This document shows, in pieces, positions 9,236 to 18,356 of a stretch of DNA of 64,000 nt. Where the stretch lies: the IMG/VR virus record IMGVR_UViG_3300031949_001696. The stretch is one strand, 5' to 3'. The notes beneath the pieces are model-generated. The model was given only the letters and a program-made list of their open reading frames with translations, had not been told where the DNA came from and did no database searches. Both the position numbers and the translations under genes were made by a program. Position 1 is the stretch's first letter. Every line of letters starts with the position of its first letter. The DNA comes from a virus. Its lineage: Duplodnaviria > Caudoviricetes.

Positions 9236-10187
9236 CCGGACAGTCATGGGTCGAAGCACGCGTTGCACATCTCGAAGCGCACCGTGCCGTCCTTGCGACG
9301 CACGGTCGCGCGTTCGTCAGCCAGGGCGCAGGTGCATGCACATTGTACAGCGCTCATCGATCTGCCCCCTTCGCGGCGGATCGCCGCGCTGCCAGCTCGT
9401 CGAGCGCGCGGACGAGCAGCGTGTCTCCCGACGTCGTCGAAGCGCGCAGGAAGCCCAGCTCGGCGTCGGTGAGGAAGTCCGTGTCCGCGTTCTCCGCGTG
9501 CTGGACGATCTCGGTCTTCGCGGCCTCCGATCGCGGCCGACCGTCGTCCTGGTCGCAGCCGTGCCCGCGATGCCAGTCGCGCCAGTGGCCCACGAACCAT
9601 GGCGGCGTGTGATCGGTGCAGGACTTGGACACCGCTTGCTCCGTCATCGAGGCCCCCTGACCACGGCTGCGTGGTTTTTCGCTCGGTCTTCTCGTCGTCG
9701 TCGCAAAAGATACGCGACGGCGCCGCTGCACGGCGGGCAGAGGTGTCCGTGAGCGTGCTGCGTGCAACCTGACTCCTCGGGCTCGGGCTCCGGTGCCCCG
9801 AAGATCATGCCAACAACAGAGGTGATGGCGGAGTCGACGACATGTTGTCGGCTCATCGAAAATTCGACGACATAGAGGATCTCCGCGCCACAGCCGACGC
9901 ACGCACTCTTGAGGCGTATTCCGTCCGCGTTCACGTCGACGACGGGTTGATCAGTTTTCAGCATGTAGTTGTCATCCGCGGTGCGCCAATTCCTTAGCAG
10001 CCATTACGTGCGTTCAGGATCTCGGCGCAGCGGGCGCGCGCGGCAAGCTTGGACTGCGATGGAAACGGCCGCCGTTCCCCGAGCGCGACTGAGATCGTGG
10101 TGTAGGTCAAGCCATGAAACGGCAACACTCGCCGCAGCTCGCGAAGCTGATCATCGGTGATCGTATCGGCGGTCAGCATTTGATCTC

Positions 10188-10214
10188 CCTTGGGTGTCAA
10201 TCGGATAAGCACGG
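10188..10214 (-). repeat. orphan cassette left end
   Basis: AACTAA|CCGTGCTTATCCGATTGACACCCAAGG, 25/27 identical to 46848-46874 and preceded by the same AACTAA. Confidence 0.8.
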
Positions 10215-10712
10215 TTAGTTCCAATCACTCACCAGCCACCAGGCTGCCTTCTGACCGTCGATCTTGATGCCCATCGCCGCGCAGAATTCGGCGAGCGCGG
10301 CGTCCCAGGCGGGATCCACGGCCAGCGAAGTGATTTCGTTCATGTCGCCACGGTTGCTGATCGTTCGCGACGCCTGCACGGCCACGTAGGGCATTGGGCA
10401 CTCGCCCGAGCAGTGCGTGTCGATCAAGCACGTGGCCTCTTCGACGAGCTTTCGCTTCGCGGCCCAGTACGCCGTGTGCTGGTCGATGATCGCCTGCTCT
10501 TCGGCGCTGTAGTCCGTTGGCGTCGAGTTCCAGCCGTTCTCGCGCGTGGGCGTGACCATGCGTGCGGGGAACGGTGTGCTCGGCGGCAGGCAGCCCTTCG
10601 TGCGGGCGTAGCGTCCCTCCCAGTCGTCGTCGGGATCGATCTCCCACGGGCGTGAGGTCTCGTCGTCCCAGCAGTAGCCGTAGAACAGGATCGCGTCGGT
10701 TGACGTACCCAT
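10215..10712 (-). CDS. hypothetical protein
   Basis: Strong codon pattern; RBS GGAGG before ATG 10712. Confidence 0.75.
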   Translation of the reverse strand: MGTSTDAILFYGYCWDDETSRPWEIDPDDDWEGRYARTKGCLPPSTPFPARMVTPTRENGWNSTPTDYSAEEQAIIDQHTAYWAAKRKLVEEATCLIDTHCSGECPMPYVAVQASRTISNRGDMNEITSLAVDPAWDAALAEFCAAMGIKIDGQKAAWWLVSDWN

Positions 10713-10913
10713 ATCAGAGCCTCCTCTCCACCAGATCAACACCGAGCTCGTCCGGGACCTCGCCTGCCATGTGCAGCGGCTCCTCGAACTCGATCGCGCG
10801 CATACTGCACCGACCGATAGGTTCGCCGAACGCCTTGATCGTGTAGAGCTGTCCACGCCAGCTCACGCGATCGCCGACGTGGATCGCGCGGCCCGCACTG
10901 TCCTGCGGATCTC

Positions 10914-11522
10914 TCATAGTGATGATTTCTCCGTCGATGGTGGCGGCGGCACTTCGACGATGCGGAAGCCGCCCTCTTCGGGGATCAGCGCCACGTACTT
11001 TTTCGCCTTGATGATGGGGCCCGGATCGGTGCCGAGCGGCAAGAACGGCCATGTCTGCGTCACGACCAGCGCCGACCGCGCGAAACCATCGACATCGAGG
11101 TCGCACCATCCGACGACCTCGGGTCGGCATGGTCCGCCGAGAGCAGAGATCAGGGCGCGGTATGCGTCGTGGCCCTGTCCTTCCATCCCATAGCAGACGA
11201 CACCGTGGCAGCCGTGCGCCGCGGTCTTGAGCGGTAGCTTGGGCCGCTTCTCCTCGACGAAGCCGCGCCCCGCGGCGACGGCCTGCCGGGCCCAGGCCGG
11301 TTCGATCGGCTCCGTCGAGACGACTGAACCCGGACCGAACAGCCGTTTCATCAGCTCTGCCGTCGCGCCGTTTGGTGGATCGCCCTCGGGCCACAGCAGC
11401 ATCTCGACGAATGCGACGATCTGGAGCCCGAAGGCTTCGCGTGTTCCCGCCCACATCTCTGGCCGTGCCTCCATGCGCGCGAAGCGGTCGAAGATGTGAC
11501 GCTCTGTTTGATCGTGGGTCAC
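10914..11522 (-). CDS. hypothetical protein
   Basis: Codon pattern and coupling. Confidence 0.65.
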   Translation of the reverse strand: MTHDQTERHIFDRFARMEARPEMWAGTREAFGLQIVAFVEMLLWPEGDPPNGATAELMKRLFGPGSVVSTEPIEPAWARQAVAAGRGFVEEKRPKLPLKTAAHGCHGVVCYGMEGQGHDAYRALISALGGPCRPEVVGWCDLDVDGFARSALVVTQTWPFLPLGTDPGPIIKAKKYVALIPEEGGFRIVEVPPPPSTEKSSL

Positions 11523-11787
11523 GGAATCTTCACCCCTGGTAGTTCCGCGAGACGTTCGCGCAAGGCGCGCAGGCGCGGGGCGTCCTCGGTCTCGTACTCA
11601 CGCCCCTTGTCGGAGGTGATCTCGTCGAGCGCGTCGATGATGGCGCAGACGTCGGCGGCCGACAGCGCGGCGCGATAGACAAAAGGTCGGGATTCGCGCC
11701 GGGTCCTGCCCTCCTCGTCCGGTCTCCACGACGGGCGTGTCTGGGCTTGTGCCCAGCCGCGGTCGTCGATCATGACGTCGGGTGACT

Positions 11788-12117
11788 TCAAGGGATGCTC
11801 AGATCCGGCAAGGTTTCGATCGAATTCATCCAGGCTCGAACCGCGTCCTCTTCGATGAAGACGAGGGCCGCGATCTGTGTGCTGGGGACGCGCATTTGCG
11901 CCGTGGCGCGGTACGTCTCTTGGTCGCCGCTCGCGATCACGGCGCATACGTCGAGATCGACAAACGTCGGCGAGTGTGCGTTTTCGCGGAAGTCGTACAC
12001 GTGTGCGTAGGCCGCGGCGATCTTCCGCGACGCGCACGGTGTCGTCGGAAGTCGCGGCAAGGGCTCCGGGCCGTTGAACGTGACGAGAGCCAGGCGGCTG
12101 TTCTTGTCGCCGATCAT
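11788..12117 (-). CDS. hypothetical protein
   Basis: Codon pattern and coupling. Confidence 0.6.
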   Translation of the reverse strand: MIGDKNSRLALVTFNGPEPLPRLPTTPCASRKIAAAYAHVYDFRENAHSPTFVDLDVCAVIASGDQETYRATAQMRVPSTQIAALVFIEEDAVRAWMNSIETLPDLSIP

Positions 12118-12657
12118 GTCTTGGGCCTCTTGGTCCTAGCCGCGACGAGCGCTCGCGACTTGTCGCCGAGACGGCGCTTGTCGGCACGACGATCGGTATC
12201 GGTGCGACGATCGGTCTTGCCTGTTGCACGTCCTTTGATAGGTGCACTGCTTTGAAGCTGGACCTCGGGCTTGTGCGTGCCGATGTGCTCCTCGATACCC
12301 CACGCAGCGTTGTCGACGACGGACTCGGCGACGTCGATCGCTTCCTGGCGCGACCCCGCGTCCACGTGCACACGCGCCACCTGCTGCACGTCGCGGCGGA
12401 GCGTGACCTCGTACGTTGCCGGCTTCTTCACGAGATTCCGTTCTCGCGCAGCATGAGCATCACGCCTTCGTAGAGCTTGATCTTCTTGAGCGCGGCGAAG
12501 TTGGGCCCTTGAGACAGGCACACCATTTCGACGAGCGCACGCAGGATGGCGAGGAGCACCGGCGTTGGGTGCGTGCTGGCGAGCCGCGCGACCTCTGCCT
12601 CGAGATCGCGCAGCTTCGCGTCCTGTGCGGCGACGCGCGCCCTGGCTTCGACGTTGT

Positions 12658-12924
12658 TCATGGGGCTTCCTCGTAGTCGCGGGTGAACAGATTGTTCTCC
12701 ATCACGATGAACTCGCCGTCGGAGTAGAGGATCCACTCGCCCGGCTCGACGCGATTGTGATCGCCGTCGGAGCGGGTCTGTAGATCGGGAAGAAGCGCGA
12801 TGGGGCCACGTGTCTCGAACATCGCGTCGTGCTTCTCGAACCACGTGGCGAACGCCTCGCGATTCGCGTCGGTATCTGTCCAGCGCATGGCTTCGACGGT
12901 GCGCTTGCAGCGATACGTCTTCAC
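12658..12924 (-). CDS. conserved phage protein, related to the N-terminus of 17871-18356
   Basis: Y..K...EA..W...G[ED]WI......F...YEE pattern in both. Confidence 0.7.
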   Translation of the reverse strand: MKTYRCKRTVEAMRWTDTDANREAFATWFEKHDAMFETRGPIALLPDLQTRSDGDHNRVEPGEWILYSDGEFIVMENNLFTRDYEEAP

Positions 12925-13451
12925 GCAGGCTCCGTGGCAGCGATGTCTTTCACGAGCGTCACGCTCTTCTGCTTACGTGGTGCGTCCGAGGCGTTGCACA
13001 GATGGAGACGCAGGCTCTCGGCAGCATCGTTTCCGACGGTGATCGGTTTGTCGAGGCGATACAGACACTGCTCTCCGCCCGTCTCGATCGCGGCATCGAT
13101 CAGCCGCGTTTCGAGTGGAACTCGACCGCCGAGGACACTGGTGATTTGAACGAGGACAAAGCCCTCGACGAGGACCTCGCGGAATGTGACCGGTCCCTGC
13201 GGGACGAATTCGGTTACGTACGCGTCACCGGGAGCGACGTCCGGGAGCGGTGGCCTGGCCGTGAGTGCGAATCCCGCGTCCCAGTCCGACACGACGAGCA
13301 CGCGAACGCACTCCGGATCAGACGCAGCATCCACGTCGACCTCCACTCGTGATCCGGCGCCGGGTCGCGTATAGATCGGCCAGGCGCTCGGTGTCAGCGA
13401 CGGAGCGGTCGCGTATCGGCGCGCTCTCGATCGTGGTGATCTCCTCGTCAA
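12921..13451 (-). CDS. hypothetical beta-rich protein (true start probably ~13345)
   Basis: Last minus-strand gene before the strand switch. Confidence 0.5.
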   Translation of the reverse strand: MTRRSPRSRARRYATAPSLTPSAWPIYTRPGAGSRVEVDVDAASDPECVRVLVVSDWDAGFALTARPPLPDVAPGDAYVTEFVPQGPVTFREVLVEGFVLVQITSVLGGRVPLETRLIDAAIETGGEQCLYRLDKPITVGNDAAESLRLHLCNASDAPRKQKSVTLVKDIAATEPA

Positions 13452-13525
13452 TCTTGTGGAGAGGCGCGGTGGCGAGATCTCTTGGTAGCCAACGGTTCAT
13501 GAGCGAAGCAGATCGGTAACACGTC

Positions 13526-13560
13526 TTGACTGTATAGACAATGTCTTGTAGCTGTCGAGG
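13526..13560 (+). promoter_or_regulatory. sigma70-like promoter with operator palindrome at the strand switch
   Basis: TTGACT-17-TAGCTG-N6-GTG; AGACAATGTCT palindrome in the spacer. Confidence 0.55.
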
Positions 13561-13788
13561 GTGTCTTCCAGGCGAGATCTCCATGATGCTCCGGTCATGT
13601 TTCGAGCACGCAAGCGCGAATTTGCTTTGTGGAAGCGAGCGGCGCGGCGTGCGGATGAGTCGTTTTCCTTGTGGGCGCGGAAGATGCTCAACCTTGCAGC
13701 TACTCCCGCTTCCGCTCCCGTTTCACCGACGGTGACTGGCGATCAGATCGAACTTCCATTCTCAAAGGCGAAGAAGAAGTCCTTATGA
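13561..13788 (+). CDS. ribbon-helix-helix-like regulator
   Basis: VMFRARKREFALWKRAARRADESFSLWARKMLN; paralogous to 36446, 51609 and the C-terminus of 13785. Confidence 0.65.
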   Translation: MSSRRDLHDAPVMFRARKREFALWKRAARRADESFSLWARKMLNLAATPASAPVSPTVTGDQIELPFSKAKKKSL

Positions 13789-14291
13789 AGAGCTGGATCT
13801 ACTTCGCACGCTACGGCGAAACAGGACCGATCAAGATCGGGAGGGCCGACGATCCTCATCGACGCGTCCAAGATCTCAACGTTGCGACGCCTGTCCAACT
13901 GGTCTTGCTTGGGTCAATGTTCAGTGAACACGCCGACGCTGAGGAAGATGAAATTCATCAACGGCTTGCCGTTCACCACGTGAGAGGTGAGTGGTTTGAG
14001 GCGACGGCAGTCCTTGCAGAGATGGACAGGTCGGGTTCGCGCTTGCTCTCGCCGGATCAAGTAGTGACGTATGAATTTGAAAGTGCTTGGGCGCGAAGCG
14101 TGAACCTCAATATTCGAGTAAAGCCTGAAGAAATCACCCAGTGGCGAGCTGCGGCGCACGCACAGAACAAGCCGTTGTCCGCATGGGTACGCGACCTGCT
14201 GAACCCAATGGTTGAAGCCAAGGCTGAAGTCAGAGCTGAAGTCGAAGCCGATGTTGATTCTGATGACGTCGACGCTGGAACAATAACGTGA
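13785..14291 (+). CDS. GIY-YIG (T5orf172-like) domain fused to an RHH domain
   Basis: WIYF...IKIG...P..R...L...E..IH..L......GEWF; C-terminal LNIRV..EE...WRAAA....LSAWVR..LN. Confidence 0.8.
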   Translation: MKSWIYFARYGETGPIKIGRADDPHRRVQDLNVATPVQLVLLGSMFSEHADAEEDEIHQRLAVHHVRGEWFEATAVLAEMDRSGSRLLSPDQVVTYEFESAWARSVNLNIRVKPEEITQWRAAAHAQNKPLSAWVRDLLNPMVEAKAEVRAEVEADVDSDDVDAGTIT

Positions 14292-14460
14292 AGGGTGCCC
14301 CGCTCACCGTCCCGGAGGCCCACGCGGTCCTTAGTGCTGACGAGGCGCTCTCTTCGATGCCGAACGTTTGGCCGGACGTTGCCTGGCGCGAGGCGTGGAT
14401 CAAGCTCGTCGAAAGTGCGACTGATCGGATCGCTGCGTTCGAGGGCACACGGAGGCCGTC

Positions 14461-14778
14461 ATGATGATGTCCGTCCTCGCGTGCCGCGAAGGATCGACCT
14501 GGGTCGTGCAGGCGATCGAGCAGGACGTCGCCTCTCAGGGAGAATCGCTGCTCGGCGCGCTCATCGACCTCGGCCGCATGTTCGATGCGCGAGATCTCTT
14601 GCTCGCCTCCGAGGACAACGTCGCTCCGCATCCACGGGCACCTGCCGAGTACGAGAGCGCGCTGAATGAAGGCCACTACGTTGGTATTTTGCCGCTCGGA
14701 TCTGTCCGCGTCGCACAGGTCTATCTCGGGATCTCACCCTTCATCACGCGGAGCATCTCCGCGCGGAGGCCCTCGTGA
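14461..14778 (+). CDS. HicB-like protein
   Basis: EGSTWVVQAIEQDVASQGESLLGAL resembles the HicB N-terminal fold. Confidence 0.45.
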   Translation: MMMSVLACREGSTWVVQAIEQDVASQGESLLGALIDLGRMFDARDLLLASEDNVAPHPRAPAEYESALNEGHYVGILPLGSVRVAQVYLGISPFITRSISARRPS

Positions 14779-16895
14779 GCTGCTTCCAATGCGATCTGGA
14801 CATCTCGCATGTCTGCTATGCGGGCATGCCGAACGCCCGGTGGGGCTGGAACGACGAGGCGGTCGCCGCGCTTGAGGGGGCGCAGCGCCACGGTTTCATG
14901 CTGCCCGCGGAGCAGCTCCGCGCGCAGCGGCAGTCGGTGGCGAAGAAGCGGAGGACACGGTGACGGCCAAGAAGCCCCTGAAAAAAGAAGCGAAGAAATC
15001 GACGAGCAAGCGAGGTGCTGTCGAAACATCCGGGTTTGTCCAGATCCAGAGGCCGATCAACCTCCACCTCAACCTCAATCTCCGGTGCGCTCGTGATGTG
15101 CGCTCTTCCCTGGAGAGAGCGCTCGCCGGGCTAGCGCGTGACGGCGAGCCCCTGATCGCCACGCCCGCGCCCGGTCACTCCGGCGCGATGCAGCTCCGGC
15201 TCGACGCTTGTGACTTGAATGATTCGATCTATCTGTATCTGAGCCGGACACAAGCGAAGAGGCTCGTCGCCCGTCTCACAGCGCTGGAACTGAGCGTGTC
15301 GCGGTGACGGCCAAGGAGACCGTGAACAAGAAGACCAAGACGATGCTCGTCGAGCGCGATCGCACGCACTACGCGCGATCGTACGGCGATCCCGAGCGCG
15401 TTCGCGTCGAGGAGCCGCTCGCGGTCGATCTGGAATTGCCGTCGTCGTACGTCCGGGATCTGCTCGCCGCGCTCCGGCGCGTGCTCGCGGCGGGGGACGA
15501 GTTCGATCAGGCATTGATCGCGGTCGACGTGCCGATGCGCCTCTACCTCCGGCCCTTGCAGGTCGAGCAGCTCGTCGAGAGGCTCGCGGAGGTCACGCGA
15601 TGATTGTCATCGGCTGCGATTGCGGATGGAAGTCGGACGCTCCGAGTCGTCGTCAGGCCGAGGTCGCGATCGACGAGCATCGGCGCCTTCACTGCACACG
15701 GGAGCGGATCTGTACGATCTGTGCGGACGTCGCGCTCGGGGCGATGCGCGAGCTGGACGTGGGCAAGCCGGCCGTTTTCGTATGCGATGACTGCCACGAC
15801 GAGCATCCACGCAGCGGACGCTACGGCTTCGACGACGCCGGTGCGCCGAGCCGGGTTTCCGACGGGCGGACACCCAGGAGGGGGCCGTGAAGATCATCCG
15901 CGTCGACAACTTCGATCGAGAGCGTCTGGGTCTTTCGGATGATGTGCTGATCGCCGAGAGCGTTTCCGAGCATTACGTCGAGACGATGGTGTGGGCTTTG
16001 AACGCGAAGTTCTGTCCGAATCCAAACGACGAGTATCACTTCAAGGCGGTACCCGACAACTACGAGCTGCGGAAGTACGTGCCGTGAAGCTCCAGGCTCG
16101 CTGGATTGGCCCGCCGCCGCGGGTCGGCGACTACCTCATGTCCGAGGTCCGGCCGCGCTACGCGTACCGCATCGAGCGGGTGACCCTCGCGTTCCCGAAC
16201 GTCCACTGGGATCAGAAGGCCAAGGCGGAAGTCCGCCTGTTGAAGATCGTTGTCGATCGGATCGTGGCGAGTGGCGTTCCGCGCGACGCGCGGATCCATC
16301 CCTGGAAGTGGGATCGTCGCGAGGCGCGGGCGGCTTCGCAGAGGAGGCAGGCGTGACTCTCAAAGCAAGCGACGTGCTGTCGGCAAATTTCCGCGCATCC
16401 CGCGACCACGCGACGATCAAGGCGAACCGCGAGCTATTGCGAGCAGCGGCTGTCGAGGCGCACGCGACCCTCGCGATGGTGCAAGCGCTATCGCAGACGA
16501 ATCACGCATTGTGTGATCACGAAGGCTCCCGCGGCTACACCGATCGTAGTGGCGTTGCATGCACCGATTGCCCGCACTGCGGGGGTGATTAAATGAAGAA
16601 GATCCTGACCTGCGCCGAGCTAAAGGCGACATGCGACAAGCTCACGCCAGAGCAGCTCGTGCAGCCCGTCGTGTGGAGCGGCGACGAACGTGGCGGACAC
16701 GTGCGACACGTATGGATCTCCGAGGAAGATTGGATCGGAGAGCCGCGTGATCCCGAGACGTGGGTGCCGCGCAGCCACGTCTGTAGTGCAGTCGACGCTG
16801 ACGACTACAAGGATGCACGTGTGTGTCTGCCCGCGGGCACCGTTCACTTGTTGGTGGACTAGGCAGGGCTCAAACATGCTCCAAACACAAAGAAG

Positions 16896-16931
16896 ATCGT
16901 GCTCGCTTTTCGCGGGTACGTGGATTGAAAC
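16896..16931 (+). repeat. solitary type I-C-like CRISPR repeat
   Basis: ATCGTGCTCGCTTTTCGCGGGTACGTGGATTGAAAC: 9-bp hairpin followed by the I-C tail TGGATTGAAAC; intergenic. Confidence 0.8.
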
Positions 16932-16934
16932 ACC

Positions 16935-17357
16935 ATGAAGGCAAAGACGAAACAACGCACCACCAAGATCCGCGTTTTGGACGAGATCTGGCGCGTGCCG
17001 CGTGGCTTCGGCGCGGTGTACCGCCGCGTGCTCAAGGACCACTTCGCGCTGATCGCGGCCGGTGAACCCGGCAAGCTCATTTCCGAGGTGATCGATCTGC
17101 TCACGCTGGTCGGCTACGACGCGACCCGCGAGCAAGTCGCCGACTGGGATCTTCGCAAGCGTGTCGAGGCGGTGATCTACGCGGCGAACGAGTACGCGCG
17201 CGCATCGGACAACCCCGTACAGCGTTATCCGCGGCCGAGCTGGCTACCCGATCAGCCGTGGCAGGGACCGCCCGCGGACACGAGCCATATCAGGGCCGAT
17301 CTGCGCGGCGTGTTCGCCGGGCCGAGCGGGACACCGATCGCGGAGGCGTCGCGATGA
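16935..17357 (+). CDS. hypothetical protein directly after the solitary repeat
   Basis: ATG 3 nt after GAAAC; good codon pattern. Confidence 0.7.
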   Translation: MKAKTKQRTTKIRVLDEIWRVPRGFGAVYRRVLKDHFALIAAGEPGKLISEVIDLLTLVGYDATREQVADWDLRKRVEAVIYAANEYARASDNPVQRYPRPSWLPDQPWQGPPADTSHIRADLRGVFAGPSGTPIAEASR

Positions 17358-17870
17358 CTCTGAAGAATTTCACAGATCCGTCGATGACGGTGGATGCCTA
17401 TCCCGCGATGCGCGTGGGTGATCGACAGATCGAGGTCCGTGGCGAGCATCTGTTCGTCGTCACGGCCACGAAAGAGCTGGGCTGCGACACGGGCCGTCGC
17501 CGTTATCGCGTGATCTGTCGTTCATGCGACGTCGTCGTTCACCCCGCGACGACGGGACCGCGGCAGAACATGAAATCCCATCTGCGCGAGGTCGCTGAAT
17601 TCGGCGTCGCAGAGCCGTATCCCGGGGAGCAGTCGTATCCCCACGAGAAGATCGACACCCCATCCGAGGACAAGTCTTGAAGATCAAAATCAAGGTTGAT
17701 GGGGGAGTCGCTGAACTCGCCGACGATCAGATCGTCGAAGAATTCACATGGCACAACATGCGGGACTCTAATCACTGCCGCATGGTTCGGCGAAAGATCT
17801 TCGAGGAGGTGCTCGTGCTCGCACGAGCTGGTCAAGCGGATCCGAAGGTGTCTGATGAAGGAAGGTCGTC

Positions 17871-18356
17871 GTGACAAAGCACTACGCGAAGAAACGTGAA
17901 TCGATCCGCACCGTGCAGTGGACGGGCGAGATGACTTCCGACGTGGCGGAGCTGGTCGGCCAGCGCAAGGTCCACGTCGAGGGCGATCGCCAGCTGGTGC
18001 TGGGCGCCGGCTGGTTCGCACGTGTCGGCGACTGGATCTATTCGACCTCTGGCGAGGATCTGTCCGTGATCAGCGACGAGGTGTTCCGCAACGTCTACGA
18101 GGAGGTCGACGAGACAGGGCGAGTGCTGCCGCCGACGAACGACGAGCACGAGGCTGCGGGCAAAGAGTTCGTACAGAAGCTCGATGACCTACTCGCCGCG
18201 GGTCTGCGTCTCACGCGCGAGGAGCATCGGGCCATCTTTCGCGACCGCGATCAGCTCGTGCGGTGCCTCCGTAGGCTGCTCGAAGATCATGCGTGGGTCG
18301 CCGCGCGGCGCGAGCAGGCGCGGATCCGCGAGAAGATCGCGAAGGAGTTGTGGTGA
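17871..18356 (+). CDS. conserved phage protein, related to 12658-12924
   Basis: Shared motif; RBS present. Confidence 0.7.
   Translation: MTKHYAKKRESIRTVQWTGEMTSDVAELVGQRKVHVEGDRQLVLGAGWFARVGDWIYSTSGEDLSVISDEVFRNVYEEVDETGRVLPPTNDEHEAAGKEFVQKLDDLLAAGLRLTREEHRAIFRDRDQLVRCLRRLLEDHAWVAARREQARIREKIAKELW

Larger units (their letters stand above)
8446..9249 (-). mobile_element. non-autonomous TIR gene cassette, 804 bp, two passenger genes
   Basis: Ends GCATGCTTATCCGGTTGTCGCCCAA and TTGGGTGATAACCGGACAGTCATGG are imperfect inverted repeats; flanked by GTCGAA at 8440-8445 and 9250-9255. Confidence 0.85.
8365..9357 (-). pseudogene. zinc-finger gene split by the 8446-9249 cassette (5' part 9250-9357, 3' part 8365-8445)
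   Basis: Removing the cassette and one GTCGAA copy restores ...EMCNACFD|RRVCQTCLTYFASSQECQEHRCAN* in frame. Confidence 0.8.
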
